Numbered from the stretch's first letter, positions 16,247-30,688 are shown. The stretch: DNA of 64,000 bases from Adineta vaga (GCA_021613535.1 CP075493.1:9114001-9178000); one strand, 5' to 3'. Program-made: numbers and translations. The notes: generated by a model not told the origin, from the letters alone.

Positions 16247-18882
16247 TTATTCGAACATGAACTTCTTCGATTCGATTTGCGTTGTCAATAATATGGAAAA
16301 AAACCGAAATATACGAAAAAGCATGTGCACCACCTGTGTTTATGTATATACCTGTGAATCACCTATAACGTACAGGTTGATTTTATCAAATATATATATA
16401 TATATGTACGTATACGGTTTACGAAACGCTTACTTGATTGAAAACGAGATTTGTTCTAATACCTTGTAATCAAGACCAGTCAACCGTGATCCTACTAAGA
16501 CAGATAAATATGATGAGAAAAAAATCGAAATACCCGTGAGTTTTTGAATGAGAAACCGTTTATTCATAGATGATTTAGTCATATATAACCAATGTTTTTA
16601 TTTAAAAACCCGACGGTTCTGGATTTTGAGTGCAAACTCACGCATCATAGCAAAGATAAAATATATCAGGAACGAACAAAAAAGCTTACTTCGTCGTTTG
16701 AAATAAATAGACGATAGAAGATAAATAAATAGATATAAACTAATTAGTTATAAAAAGAAATAAAACTAAGTGTCTTTGTTCGATGAATGTTGATTCTGCA
16801 ACGATGATGGTGATGCCAATGATATGTTGTTCATTATTACAGTAAACTCTTTCCAAATCGACGAATACTCTTGACTTAGTAAAAGTTCTCTTACTTCTCT
16901 CTACATTTGAGTACCATAACCATATTAAAAATACTGGAATAAGTTTGAAATAAAATAAAAAAGTTTAACTGTACCTCAAATACTTACTGTTGCTTCATTC
17001 CATTCACACGAAATAACGTAAGACAAAAAAATGTAAAAATTGAAAAGATGAATTAATACAAAGGAACTAAAATGTAACGAATAAAGCCAATAAAAAGAAT
17101 AATTGCTATTTGTTAATCTAGCTGATTAGTGTATGTTTGCGGATCCCAAGCCATGGGATGAGAAATTGACATCTGAAGAGTTGATTGGTTACATACGCTC
17201 AAGCTGTACTGTAATATTCTTTCTAACTGTATTCATATACACGTACAGTTCTGATGGTTATTATGTGTAAGGAAAATCTCCTGAATAAGATAAATAGGAC
17301 TCTATTTGTATTAGTCTTTTTTTACTCACACGAATTGAATCAAAACCGCGCAGTTTATGTGCAAATGAATATGCCCATTATTGAGGACACGCAAATATTG
17401 TTTTCAAACGAGTCGAATTTATACATTTTTCTGTAAAGTATTCAATTTATGTATGCATTAAATTAGTCGTTCGCGATTGAGTATATTTGACCTGAATCTG
17501 TAAGTGTTGATTTTTTTTGCAACACCATTTGAGATTTGTCTCATATATTCAGGAATAAAAATGATTATTTGATTGACAACACTGAGAGCAATAATCACAA
17601 AACTCTTCCTTATTCAACTTAATACTAACACGCAGAGTCTCTCTTACAATTCCCTATAAACATGCCAGCGAGTCTTGAAAAATACTCGCAGAACTTCATA
17701 ACTTACATCGTAATTCGAATAAGTACCATCCTGAAATTTAACAAATCTTCTTTTGATTTTTATAATTATCTCAAACACTATTCTTCCAATTCTCATCTAT
17801 TTCAACAATCTTCTAGACATAAAAAATTTGCCACTAAGTACGTATTTTTCCTATCATTACCATATATAATCCTCTTGTTGTTCTCTTCCTATATATCCTT
17901 CATAATCACATGCTGATTTTTTTTCATGATAATATCCCGAAATAGATGGAGAAGAAAGTAAATAACCTTTATAGAAATTATCGAACGATGTTAATCGATA
18001 AAAATGAGAACTTTGTTTCTTTTTTCTGAGTTCATATTTATAGGAATTGTCGTGTAATATATCTGCATGTCAATAGGATTGTAATAGATTTATTCTATAG
18101 ATAAAAAAACGACAGGTCTCAAAGGAATTTTTTTTGTATTCTTTCTGCTAGTAACACTTGAATTTCTCCGGCTGTTCTATGAATAGGAAAGGAAAAAAAA
18201 GTCATTTTACAATTAAGATAATGAAACTAGGATATAAACTCATAGTCGGATATGACTGTCAAAGAATTGATGTTTTTTCTTTTTTCATTTTTATGACAAA
18301 GACTAATTTTTTTTAGTGAATATTTTCTTTTCTCTTGTTTTTCTTTCTGGTACATTGTTCACATGAAAATAGAATAAAAAGAAGAAGAAGAAAAAGATTC
18401 ACAATAGTCACTTAATCAAACAATTATTTTCCTTCTGCTTTTAGCCTAGTACTATTTGCATGCCTCGAAAACACTAGAACGACAAAATATTTCTTCGCTT
18501 CAGTTATATGAGTAAGTAACTGACTATTATTATTATTTTCTTCCTCATGAATTCTATCCCGAGATGATTTTACATAAGAACAGATTTTCTATGCATGCAC
18601 TGTTTTAAAGAATATTACGAGTGAATAAAACACGATATAAGGACAAAGTTTATCTTCTTATGGTGAAAGAGCGTAGAGGTTCCTAATATATTTATAATAC
18701 ATCTTCCGGTATTCATTGAAAATGCATAAAGATCCACTTAGAATTCAAGAATAATTCATGACATCGCATCTTTTTTTCTTTTCTCCTCAGAATGAATCTC
18801 AGTCATTCATGCAAGAGAATATTTACGAACTGAATTCATTTCTTCTTATTCTCATGTTTTAGTTGAATATTGTACGATTAAA

Positions 18883-19836
18883 ATGAATGATACAAATGGT
18901 TGTGACATTATTCTATGGTCTGAACAAGCAAAAAAAACAGTTCAACCACTCTTGTATATATGTATTTTTGGCACAATTATCCATCTTCTTTTCTGGATTC
19001 AACTCATTGCATATCCGACCGTTCGTCAATGGTCTATGCAATGGTTATATGCTTATTTAGCTTCGGATTTATTATTACTCATTCGTTTTTTTCTACTCTA
19101 CATCTATCGATGGTGGCCAATATGTTCTTTCTATTTTCTTCATTCGATGATTTGTTATTGTGAAGCTATTTTTGATAATTATCTTAATCTTTTACAAAGT
19201 TATATTCTTCTTGCATTGAACATCTGTCGATATTTACAAATAGCTCATAATTATAATATCTATTCTTTACATCGTTATTCAATTATCATTGCACATCTTG
19301 TAATATATTTCTTTCCTTTATTTGGTCATATCATTGCAGCAAAATATAAATGGACCATTCTACAAAATCCACCAGGTGATGCATGTGATCTTATTCCAAT
19401 TTCATTAACTATTCGCATAATATTTCTTCTATTTTCTTATTTTATACCTGTCATATTAACATTAATCTTTCTTTCCTTATGTCTTAAACATGTTCGAAAT
19501 ACAGATGGTATCCATACACAAGAAATTGTTGATGCTCGACATAAATATCATCGACAAATCGTCATTCAATCAAGTGTATTCTATTCTTTATGGATCATAT
19601 TTTGGTCACCACATATTCTTCTATTTCCATTCTTCTATAAGAATAGTACAGTGGGAATCATTGCTCAAATATTAAATTATATAAGTATAACACTTGATCC
19701 AATCATCATTGCAGCACTTGATGTAAGATTTTTACAAGCCTGGCAATCAACTAGAGATCATTTTAAACGATCGCTTAATCGATATCAACCAGTAAGAGTT
19801 CCAGTAATTATTTCGAACAATCAAAGAGAACAATAA
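18883..19836 (+). CDS. Rhodopsin-like 7TM receptor (divergent GPCR), intronless
   Basis: 317-aa ORF with seven hydrophobic segments, YLASDL in TM2, LALNICRY (DRY-like), YFIPV in TM5, FWSP in TM6, LDPII in TM7. Confidence 0.8.
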   Translation: MNDTNGCDIILWSEQAKKTVQPLLYICIFGTIIHLLFWIQLIAYPTVRQWSMQWLYAYLASDLLLLIRFFLLYIYRWWPICSFYFLHSMICYCEAIFDNYLNLLQSYILLALNICRYLQIAHNYNIYSLHRYSIIIAHLVIYFFPLFGHIIAAKYKWTILQNPPGDACDLIPISLTIRIIFLLFSYFIPVILTLIFLSLCLKHVRNTDGIHTQEIVDARHKYHRQIVIQSSVFYSLWIIFWSPHILLFPFFYKNSTVGIIAQILNYISITLDPIIIAALDVRFLQAWQSTRDHFKRSLNRYQPVRVPVIISNNQREQ

Positions 19837-20259
19837 AATTAAAAAGAATGGTTTATATTTGATTATCTACGTTATCATTAATAAGAATATTTATTGTGAT
19901 TTTTAGTTTCATTATTCAGTAAAGCAACAAAAAAACAAAAAGATTATTCTATTTGATTAAGATACATGGCAACAAAACAACACTATCTGACAACATCATT
20001 AGAATAAGACAAAAGAGAGCAAAACAAACTCGACAAATGCAAAGAAGAAAAAAAAAGAAACTGATTTACTAGAATAAAAATGTTCACTACAATATTCACA
20101 GCAACTCACATTGCATTATGGTAGAAAAGCAAAACAAGCAAGAAATTCAAATGATAAACGGCAGAAATATTCTATAATACTGTATTGGAATTAAATAATA
20201 ACGTTTGTTTTTGTTTAAGCAACTAGAAATGACAAAATAAAAGATTTATCAAATACATT

Positions 20260-23069
20260 TCAAAAAGATTTACTTGAAGAATTTCCATCAAATTGAGCAA
20301 GTGCAACGCGTAATTCTTGTAATTCACTACCGATAAAATCGTAAACCATTGCGCGTGATGTATTATTTTGATGACGTTGTTTCGGTGGTAATGGTGGTTG
20401 ATATTCTTCATCGTCATCTTTCGGTGGAAATTGATAATGTTCTGTATGAATGAATTCATCTTTATGTTGTTTATTAAGTAATGTTTTTTTCATTGGAATA
20501 TGTTGTTTAGGCATTAATATTGGTGCTTCATCATCTTGTACAGATGTTCGTTTTGGTGATGAAGAATTTTTTGAATCAACATTAACATAATTATTACGTA
20601 TTGTTGAAGAGTTTTTCGTTTGAGTTGGTGATGATAATTGATCATTTTCTAATAAGGGTTCATCTTTTGTTAATTTCTTTTTAATTGAATTTGATGTTTT
20701 CTTTTTTTCATCTTCGATCGGAACATTATCATAACCAGTTAATGGTATCTTTTGTTCATTATTACTTTCATGTTTACTAAAAGGAGACAATAGAAGAGAG
20801 TTTTTGTAAGGAAATTGTCTGTTTTTTACTCAGTAGATAGTGCTGTTCCATTAGTGTCACTCTTTGGAATCGATCGATAAATATCTTGAAGATGAACCTT
20901 ATCGATGATAGAAGAATATCAAACAATTGAATTTTTTGAAAAGAATACTATACTTTTTTAGGTACTTGATCTGGACGTTTTAATGAATGATGTTCATTGA
21001 TAACAAGTTGACTTGAACTATTTATCGATGAAGTAATTGGTGTATCACAACTAGAATGTAGAACGAACGTTTATTTGGTTGCAAGTTCATGTTTTTTTGA
21101 AACGAATTGCCTCGAGATAATAACTATGTAACCGAAAATCAATCTGGCTAAGCGATCAAACGGATATGTCGTCGATTCTATTCATAATTATAACTCTATT
21201 TTATCTCGTGTCTCGTGTCTCGTGTTCTTACTGAACTGACGTCATACATGAACTGTTATGGTTCTATGAATTGCTAGTAAATAAGTAGAATAGTAATTCA
21301 GGATATAAAATCAACATATTATATTCATTTTTGAAATGTAATCAACTATTCAACTAAGAGTCTAATTCTTCTGTAGGGACATCACACATCTCCAAACAAT
21401 GTACCTGTTCAATTTCCTCGATTAGTTTCTATCATATTGAAAATAGCGTGTTAGCTTTATCGATATATTCTCTTGTGAATTCTTTCAAAAGATAAATTTT
21501 TAATATTCTTACAAAGATTTGGATCGTTCAATAGTAAGATAACGTTCTTTTCTTTGTAATTCACGTTTACCAACTTTAAGTTTAACAAATTCTAAAAATG
21601 CCTTTAAATCTTCAAATGGTGTCACCTAAAATCGAATAGATCATTTTCGAAACGTTTTTCTCAATCTTATTTTCATACTTGTTTACAATATTCTTCAATT
21701 GGATGGCTTCCATCATGTTTTTTTGCATGATCACCCGTAAAAAAACAGGTTTGACAAAGATCGTAATTAAAACATCGTAAACATCGATATCTATTTTCAA
21801 AATATAAACAATTCAATTCCTAATCAAATTCTTATCTTTCTTTACCTCATGCCGATAACAGGATAAGCTTTGCATGTATTACATCGTGCTTCATGTCGAA
21901 CTATAATAAACACAAGATCTACCCTGAGGAGAAACTCGGAAATGAACTAACCTGTTTCCGTTGCAATCAGACGATGTAATGTTGGTAGCCAAACCAATGT
22001 TTGTGGTTCACGACTCATCCAATTGACAAAAATATCTTCACGAATAAGTCCATCATGTGTCTAATTATGCTTCATCAATAATCTTTTTCTTTCTCAAAAC
22101 AAAAAATTTTTATCTTACATGATCTAAACAACTCTGCACACAACCTGGAATATTATCCGGATGAAATGAATCAACATTGTCAAAATGATTTGGTACCTAA
22201 AAAAATATAATGAATAAATCAAATATTGAATGATTCTTGTTTTTACTTTTAATAAAATTTCGAATAGTTCAGTTAATTTTCCTTGTGTTGCAATGACATT
22301 CGGTGAAGTAATTTGCCGAAAGAAACCTTTAAAACAAATCATCTTTTTTTGTCTTCCATTTCAGAAACATTCTTAAAAATACATACAACGATATTTTTCC
22401 GGTAATTTTGCATTTGATAATGCAAATAAGATAATTTTAAATGAATTATGATCGAAATCTTGATTTTCTTCTCTAAACAAATCAAAAATCAATTCAATGA
22501 ATCTTTTCATTCAATTTCATTTCTCTTACATATGAAGAATGTCACAAAGAAATTTTAATAAAGTTTCAACAATTTCTTCCATAGTTGATTCATTAAAATG
22601 ATAGGATGAAATCAATTGATATATTCCTGTTAAAACTTTTCGAGCATTTTCATAACTGATTTTGACTGTTTCAACACCAAAATGTAATTGATGAGTATTA
22701 AATGCTCGTACAAGAATATTATAATCGACATAAGTTACTGAAATATTAATGAATGCGAAATCAAACTTTTCTATTGTTTATTTTTCTTTCATTTGTTGAA
22801 ACTTACATTTAAGATATTTCTGTAAAATACGAAGTTTACATGCGACACGATATGCAGCAAATTTGACTGAGGAAAGTGGTTCTATGAAAAAGAAAAGAAA
22901 ATTTATTGATAAAAACAAATAAACATAGCAACGAACCAAGTCGTTTGATAATCGTGTCATATAGTTTTTCTCTAGAAAAAAAAATTAGTAGTTCAATAAT
23001 GAGATTAAAGATAATAATCTCACTCTTTTTCATCAGTTGTTTCAACTGTTGTATTCGTTTCCTCGGCAT
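20260..23069 (-). CDS. Dystrobrevin/dystrotelin-like protein (EF-hand region + ZZ zinc finger, disordered tail), multi-exon
   Basis: [102 protein letters not shown]: the dystrophin-family cysteine-rich region. Confidence 0.85.
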
Positions 23070-24110
23070 CGGTTGTTGTTGTCATTGTTGAATTGAACGA
23101 ACGATTGAATGAATGAACGTATATGTAACGATAATTGAACAGTTCTAAACAGTTTGTTTATTTATTTTACTTGAACTGTACAGTTAATTGTATAATAAAC
23201 ATATAGACAAATTTCTACAACGAAATTTCTAAAATCAAAAAGTCTTTTTTTTGTATTGAACTAAAATATCCTTTGAATTGATGTTCAATTCATACATCAA
23301 GCGACATCTGAAGGATAAGTATGTTGCTAGGAGACAAAGAAATATTACATATAGAAAAGTGAAAAGTTATTGTGCATAGAATCATTTCGGCAACATGATA
23401 ATAAAGTATAGCATTGATCTTACAATACCCAATGTATAACAATGTAATATTGAAAATGATAAGAAGAAAAAAGTTATCATTTGACACTTTGTTATGTATT
23501 CATTATCTATTAATTTAGTCAGTCTCGTAAATGTATTCATTAATTAGAAAGTAATTTCGATAGTACAAAACATTTTGAAAACATGACTAGAAAAGTAAAT
23601 TTGATGATAAATCAATTTGGTATTGTCAACGAATGGATTATTCAAACAAACACTTAAAGAATGAGTGTTAAAGTTCATAGTTTATTAAAACATAAGTTAA
23701 CATTCGCATGATAATATACAAAAATCAATCGAGCTGTATATATTTGATTTGACAAACGAGCATGAATATATATATATATATATATGTGAGTGTGTGGAGA
23801 GAGAGAAAGACAAGAATGACAAACGTGCTTTTGTTACTGAACAATTATCATATTTTTTTTATGTAAATTCTTTCTGAATAAATGTATATATGAACAAGAA
23901 GACAAGCCCGGCAGTACTCATGTCAACTCGATGTATTTTCATTTTTATGTTGATTGAAAGATGAGTAGTTAGATTTCTTCTACATACATATATCAAGCAT
24001 CATTTATTTACTCGGCTTTTGTCTTTGTCATTTCTACCATCACCACCATCTGTACACAAAGTTCTTTTTGCTTGCTATTAGGTTTATTGTTTTGTGCGTT
24101 CGATATCTCA

Positions 24111-24132
24111 TTCTTCTTCTTCTTCTTCTTCT
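24111..24132. repeat. (TTC)n microsatellite upstream of the PTBP-like gene
   Basis: ttcttcttcttcttcttcttct read directly. Confidence 0.8.
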
Positions 24133-24340
24133 TTTTTCTCGTCTCTTATTGCTCTATGTTTGTGTAGGCCAAATATGTCTCTTCTTTCTCTTGCATTCAT
24201 TCGATTTTTTTAGTCCTTTTATTCCTTCCTATTTCAAATAAAAGTATTGTAGAAAAAAAAGAGTATATATATATATATATATACCTATAATTCGAGCGCG
24301 TGTGTATGCCAGTATCTTCTTCTTCTCTTCTCTTCTCAAG

Positions 24341-27300
24341 ATGTATTCAACTGCCGTGGATAGTAATGGCAATTTGTTTTATTTAAAGGTATGTCTTCGT
24401 TGTGCTTATTCTTTTCTTGAAATTGGATCTTCAAATAGCAGTATACAGAATGAGAAAAACAGCAGTGTAAGTGAAGGTAAAAGAAAAAGTGGTCTTTCTT
24501 CTCCGTTGTTCTTTTTCATTTTACTTTTTTTCTTTCTCTCTGTTAGCTGTCCGTTACATTTTTTTTTCTCTCTTCACTAAGGATAATAAAATCGACTTAG
24601 TTCGCATTAGTTTGTCTGTGTCACTACAATTAAAAGATAACATGGGTCAACAGAATAATAATAACTAAATCTTGAACATAAAGAGAGAGAACGAACGAAC
24701 GAACGAGCAAGCAAGCAAGCGGATCAATTTATTTGTCTGCTGTTGAAATCGATCGTAAGTAAAGAGAGAAAGACAGAGAAGCACAGAGAGAGAGAGACAT
24801 ACAAAAAAGAAATTCGTATTCAAAATGAGATGCCCGATATGCCTTATCTACATTGGTAAATATATTCCTATGTGTGATGCTTGATGATCAGATCGATTAT
24901 GCAAATCACAAATACACTAGAGTATATATTTACTAAAAAGAGAACTCTTTTTTTTTCAACTCATCTGATCTAGAATATATCAACAGATATTCTAGACATA
25001 TTGCGTTGATTTTTATATGTCATATATCAATAGGCGTGAGATTTATGTTCTATAGAGACGTATGAGAAGTAATATCAATGGTCATCAAAAAGAATGAACA
25101 TGGCAGTCAGATGTAGTGTCTTTTATCATAATTATTTCCTCTTTAAATCTTATCCTATCATTATTAAAAGTTTCTCGTTAGTTTAATGCATTTCCATGTG
25201 TGTGTGCTTTTCAATGAAATAAAGCGACAAGAGACAAAAATTTCTTTATTCTTCTTCTTCTGCTTTTTTTAAATATTTTTCTTCGTCATTTATTTCCTTT
25301 CCTTTTTCTGTCTAAACGTCGGTCTCTATCTCAATTTCTATACATCATAGCGAGGTAAAGTGTCGTAGTAGTAGTAGTAGTAGTTAATAATAAGAAAAAA
25401 AAACACTTAGATTTAACTGTGAGTGCTTAATGGATGTTGTGATTATGATATAGGACTATGTCGACTATTCATCTTTTTTTCCCTTCCTATTTTATGTATA
25501 ACTATGTCAACAAGAATTTTCAATGATGAAAAGAATAAGTGCCTGTTTCCGACCTGTATATGGAGTTGTTTCATCAAGTGTATGAGATCGATTGCAAAAC
25601 GTCTAATCATGACTAAAACAATCGACCTTTTATTTCAATGAATAAGTGGCTTACATCTCTTCAGAACAATTCTTTATTTCTCTTGTTTGAAAGCTTAACT
25701 TTGTGTTCTCATTTATGGATAGAATATATTTTCAAGTTCTATTGTTCTTCTCGATAAATTTTCTTCATTTTTCTCTTCTTGCTTATTGACAATTTGATGA
25801 AAAGATAATCAGTTATATATACATACACACACACTTGAAATATTCGTGTGTCTTATTGTTTTTTATTGATGTCGGCAAGCTGTTTTATGATCATAAGATC
25901 ATTCGATTCTTTGGTTTATTTTGTTGAAAGAACGAGAAATAAAAATGTGAAGAATATTTTTTACTACATCATAAACTCCGACCGAACAGAATTCGTATTT
26001 ACAAATCTGAAAAAAAAGACCGTGTAGAACAGAGAAATAGATTGACAGGTGTGCTTTGTGTGCTCTTTCATCTTTTTTCCTTCTTTTTTCCTGCCACTAA
26101 CAATATCATATGTATGTGCGTGAAAACGTGTGTAAATTTTAGTCAAACATAATGAAGAGCATAGTTTTTTTTACCTCGTCAAATCTGTTAACTCATAGAT
26201 TGATTGATACATGTTCTAATTAGAACAGAAGAATAAGCCTAGAACAAACATAGTAATCTATCGACTGTTCTTTAATCCAATAATAACGACTAGGAAGTAA
26301 ATTTTTCAAAAAAAAAGTCATTACGTTTGCCATAATATTCTTAAAAATCCAATAAAAGAAAGAAAACTTCCAATTGAATTTTTGATGATTTGTATATATA
26401 TATATGTGTGTGTGTATAAGGAATAATTGAGAATAAGTCAATAAATACTTGCACGATTTCTTATATATGTGTTTTTCTTTTGTATGTTTTAGCGATCCAT
26501 GAAGGTATATATGTTGCTGATAAATTGATGGAATGAAGAAGAAATAAAATTCATTTTTTCATATTTTGTATTTTCTCGTAGCGTTTACTTTCGCATGATC
26601 TTCCATCGTCTCCACCAACTAAAATTCTTGCTGGAACAACTAATGAAGAAGACATGAATAATACGAACGATCTAACAAACGGACATCAAAATAGTGATAA
26701 TAATGAAGCGAAAAAAGTACGTAGTTATTATTCAAATAAACATAATATTCTTCAATGATAAAAGTTTCTTTTTCTTAGGCTCGATTAGAAAAAAGTGCAC
26801 CATCTCGCGTTGGTAAATTGTCATGAAGATCTCCTTTTCAAAGTCAAGGATGTCTTTCTTTTAGTTCATTTACGAAATATCGATGCTAGTGAATTAGAAA
26901 TCGTACAATTTGGTCTGTCATTTGGGAAAGTAACCAATGTATTGAATTTACGGAAAAAAAATCAGGTTAATTTTTCTTTTCAAATAAATTTTTTCATTTT
27001 ATATTTATATATAAATATAAATTCTAGGCTTTTCTGGAATTTGACAGTATTGAACATGCACAAGCCATGACTGAGTACTTTTCCTCTCTACCGATATTAT
27101 TAAATGGTCGACAAATATTTGTTCAATTTTCTAATCATCAAGAATTGAAAACTGACCCAAACAATGCTAATAATCAACAAGCACAAGCTGCATTACAATC
27201 AGCAACGATTCTACAAGATATTGCACGAGCAGGTGGACAAAATTGTGTGTTACGTGTTATCGTGAATAATATGATTTATCCAATTAATGCAGATACATTT

Positions 27301-28355
27301 TATCAAGTAAGTCAAGATAAAAGCAAGACTTTTCAGAAAATAAAAGAAGTCGTTTTAAATTTCATTTAGATTTTTAGTAAATTTGGTGTTGTTTTAAAGA
27401 TTATTACTTTTACGAAGAATGGTAGGAAAACAGATTTCTGATATGTGAGTATTTATTCATATTTGTTTAGATAAATTTCAAGGATTAATTCAAATGAAAG
27501 ATGCAACGATTGCCCAAACAGCTAAAATGGTAAAATAAAATTAAAAAAAGTGTGTCATTTCAGAAAATATGATTTGATGTTTTATAGAATTTAAATGGTC
27601 AGAATATTTATAATGGTTGTTGTACATTACAAATCGACTATTCTAAATTACATTCATTAAATGTCAAATATAACAATGATAAAAGTCGAGATTATACAAA
27701 TCCAATTTTACCATCGAATGAAAATTCGAATGAACCTATTTCTATCGGTGCAAGATTTGTAACAAGTATTGAAACTTAAAACAAAAATCGAATTATATAC
27801 ATTCGATTTCTTTTATTTAAAGGTATACCAAATGTATATGGTTCGCCAATTATGACACTTGCTGGTGCTCCATTAACAACACTTTCAGCAATGAATAATG
27901 GTGCTATTCATTTTTCAGGTAGACACTATTTAAAAGTTATTTTTTCTTGTCATTGAATGAATAAAATGATAAATATAGCTCCATCAGCAACAATATTAAA
28001 TGCAAATCAACTAGCTCAACAATATACAACAGCATTGACATGTCCAATGACAAATGCGACTAATTCTGGTACAACCTTATTAACAGCAGCAACAGGAAAT
28101 CATGCGCAATCTCCAATATCTCTTTCAACATTACAGCAACATCATCATCATACATCAGCAACGAGTCCATATATATTTCTTTCAACTTCAACAACATCCG
28201 ATGAGGTATGTGCAAATCTTAGTGGCAATGTTCCTGATGTTACTAGTGGAGTTATATCTGGTAAAGCTGCAACTTTATCTTCACCTTCTACGCTTTATTT
28301 CTATAATAATAACAGTACTCCAACGATATATCCAACTGATTTTTTACGTTTGTGA
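24341..28355 (+). CDS. PTBP: Polypyrimidine tract-binding protein homolog with RRM1 and RRM2 only (multi-exon; terminal exons uncertain)
   Basis: [44 protein letters not shown] (RRM1); [74 protein letters not shown] (RRM2). Putative first exon 24341-24388 and 12-nt exon 26493-26504. Confidence 0.88.
24689..24720. repeat. Compound tetranucleotide microsatellite (GAAC)n(GCAA)n
   Basis: gaacgaacgaacgaacgagcaagcaagcaagc read directly. Confidence 0.75.
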
Positions 28356-29397
28356 TATGAAAATCTCGAATGCATGCTTGATTTTATTCTTCTATATGTT
28401 CTTCTCTTTTGTTTTCTTCTCGTCTCTTAACGGTGCTCATTCGAACACTATTCATCATTTCATTTCGTTGTTGGATGAACCGAAGGTACTCCGTCCGCTT
28501 CTCTTTTTCTCTCTCTCTCTCTCTCTCTATTTGTTTGTGTTCTTATTCATTAATATTATGCTGGAAATCATGATCTATTGAATCTATACAGTATGGGTTT
28601 GATTTAAATTTTTTGTTTTGTTTTGTGTAAAACTTTTCTTTGCGCAATCTCTCTTGTTCATGTGTTCTTGTTCTCTTTTTCATGCAAATAAAACTTATGT
28701 CTTTGTTTCAGTTCATGCTGCTCCAATAAAGGTAAAAACAAATATTCAAATTTATCTCACATTCTTTCTCCTTATCCTTTGACACATCTTCACATTTCTA
28801 TATTTTTGTTTTTCCCATTTCTTATTCTTCTGATTCTTCTTCTCTCTGCAGATAGATGTCCTTTTTTTTCTCGGAAAATCTCGTCCGTGTCGTATGTCTC
28901 TCTCTTCTAATCATTCAGATGACAGTTTTTCTATGTGCCAATTCTTAATCCTTTTGCTAGTTCACAAGTCAGATATAGACAAATATTGCTTATTCTTTCA
29001 TTCTAAAAATCGTTTTTTTAATTTTCTTAGCTCATATTTGTCTTCAAATAGAATGTGCACTCTTAGTCCTATCTTGATTTCTTGGTACTTTCTTTCAAGG
29101 TTAGTAATTGATAAACGAAAAGAATAAAACAACGAAGAAGAACTCGATGCTTTATTTTTGTATGCTTTACTTCGATGCAGTGTTATCAAAGTTTTCTTTT
29201 TCAAATATTTGAAATAAAAAAAAACATAAAGTTGATTGATAAAATAATATTTAGTTAGTTGACAAGATCAAATGATTTCAAAATATAAAGACAATCACTA
29301 TAGATTATGAATGTTTACAAATTTTATTAGATAAAGCAGGCGCTGAAAAACAAATGATAATTAAACTGGTTCTTTTTTATGAATTTTTTCTTCTAAA

Positions 29398-30688
29398 ATG
29401 TTTTCATTTTTTCATTTTCCTCTTCTTTCACTTTATTTTTTCTTCAATTCATGTTGCATCGTAACATCTGCAGAGAAAAAACCATTAAATTTCACTGTAC
29501 CTAATCGTGGCTCATGCCAAATCAATTCTGTCAATTCAAATCGATCCAAACATTTAGTATGTAATATAACTGGTCTGACCAACATCACTGTGAATAGTGC
29601 CTACAAAAACATTTCACTAATGTGATTTTGAATTTTACAAGCAATACAATATTTGAGAAGGTTGTGAGAAATAATTACAAAGTTTTTCATCAATTATTTA
29701 TTATTAATAATACACAATCAATCAATAGTACTTTTTCTATCATTCTACAAAAATCGAATCAAACTACGATTGATGCAACATACATCAAAAATATTTTTAG
29801 TAAAGATGCTAAACCATATCGTTTACTTGATATCAAGATTTTAAATTATTCTAACAATCAAGATGCACCTAGAATTCATGAAAATTTAAAGACAGTTAAC
29901 ATCAGTCAATTTTTTATCCATATACCTTGTAATCATTTAAATGGAGCGACTCATTATAATATAACACCTAGATCTTTTGCATCTACGAAAGATCCAATAT
30001 GTCAAAATTTATCTACAAATCCTAGAATACCTTCACAACAACAACAACAACAACGCGTTCCCGCAACCAAGCTTCCACTATCGGAAGAGCTAGGCCAATT
30101 ACTACCACATCAAAGAAAGCAACGACCGGAACAGAACAGTTAAGAATCATACAAACTACTTCTCGCTCAATAACATCACTAAGAACAAGAGTTGAAGTCA
30201 AACCGACGACCATCTCTATAAAAGATAGCGCAAAAATAAGTACCGATGAAACTTATCCGGAAGAATCGTCTTCTTATTTAACAACAGATTTATTCACAAG
30301 TACATCGATATCACTGGCAACTGAATTGATCACTCCAATGAAAACTGTATATCCATTTGTCAATAATTCTAAACTATTAACATCACTTCAAATCATTAAT
30401 CCTACTACTGTATCTACTGAAACATCACGTCGTTCTACTAAACGTTTTCTTGTTCTTCTTCTGTCTGGTTTAACAACAATTACTATCAGTGCATCATTGA
30501 TTGTAACGTATTTAGTCTTAAAATGTCGTCCAAAAGCGGATTATATAGTTAACGAAAATTCAAGCGAACTATTTGATATTTCCAAAACACCATCTACTCT
30601 TGATTCATCACATATATCAAAGAGTCTTTCTCAACGAAATGAACCGATATTTGAATCAAATGTACGAACATTCGATGATGATTTTTAA
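29398..30688 (+). pseudogene. Mucin-like type I membrane glycoprotein gene broken by two frameshifts (pseudogene or indel errors)
   Basis: Signal peptide ORF 29398-29625 and N-glycosylation-rich ORF 29622-~30030. A third frame is open from ~30026, encodes TTTTTTT and a Thr/Ser-rich stalk, and runs into a TM helix (FLVLLLSGLTTITISASLIVTYLVL) and cytoplasmic tail. Each junction needs one extra base. Confidence 0.7.

Noticed and set aside
17141-17160. Small hairpin atccca-agcca-tgggat, possible Helitron or MITE end
   Set aside because: Only a 6-bp stem, with no CTRR terminus or second copy seen in the window.
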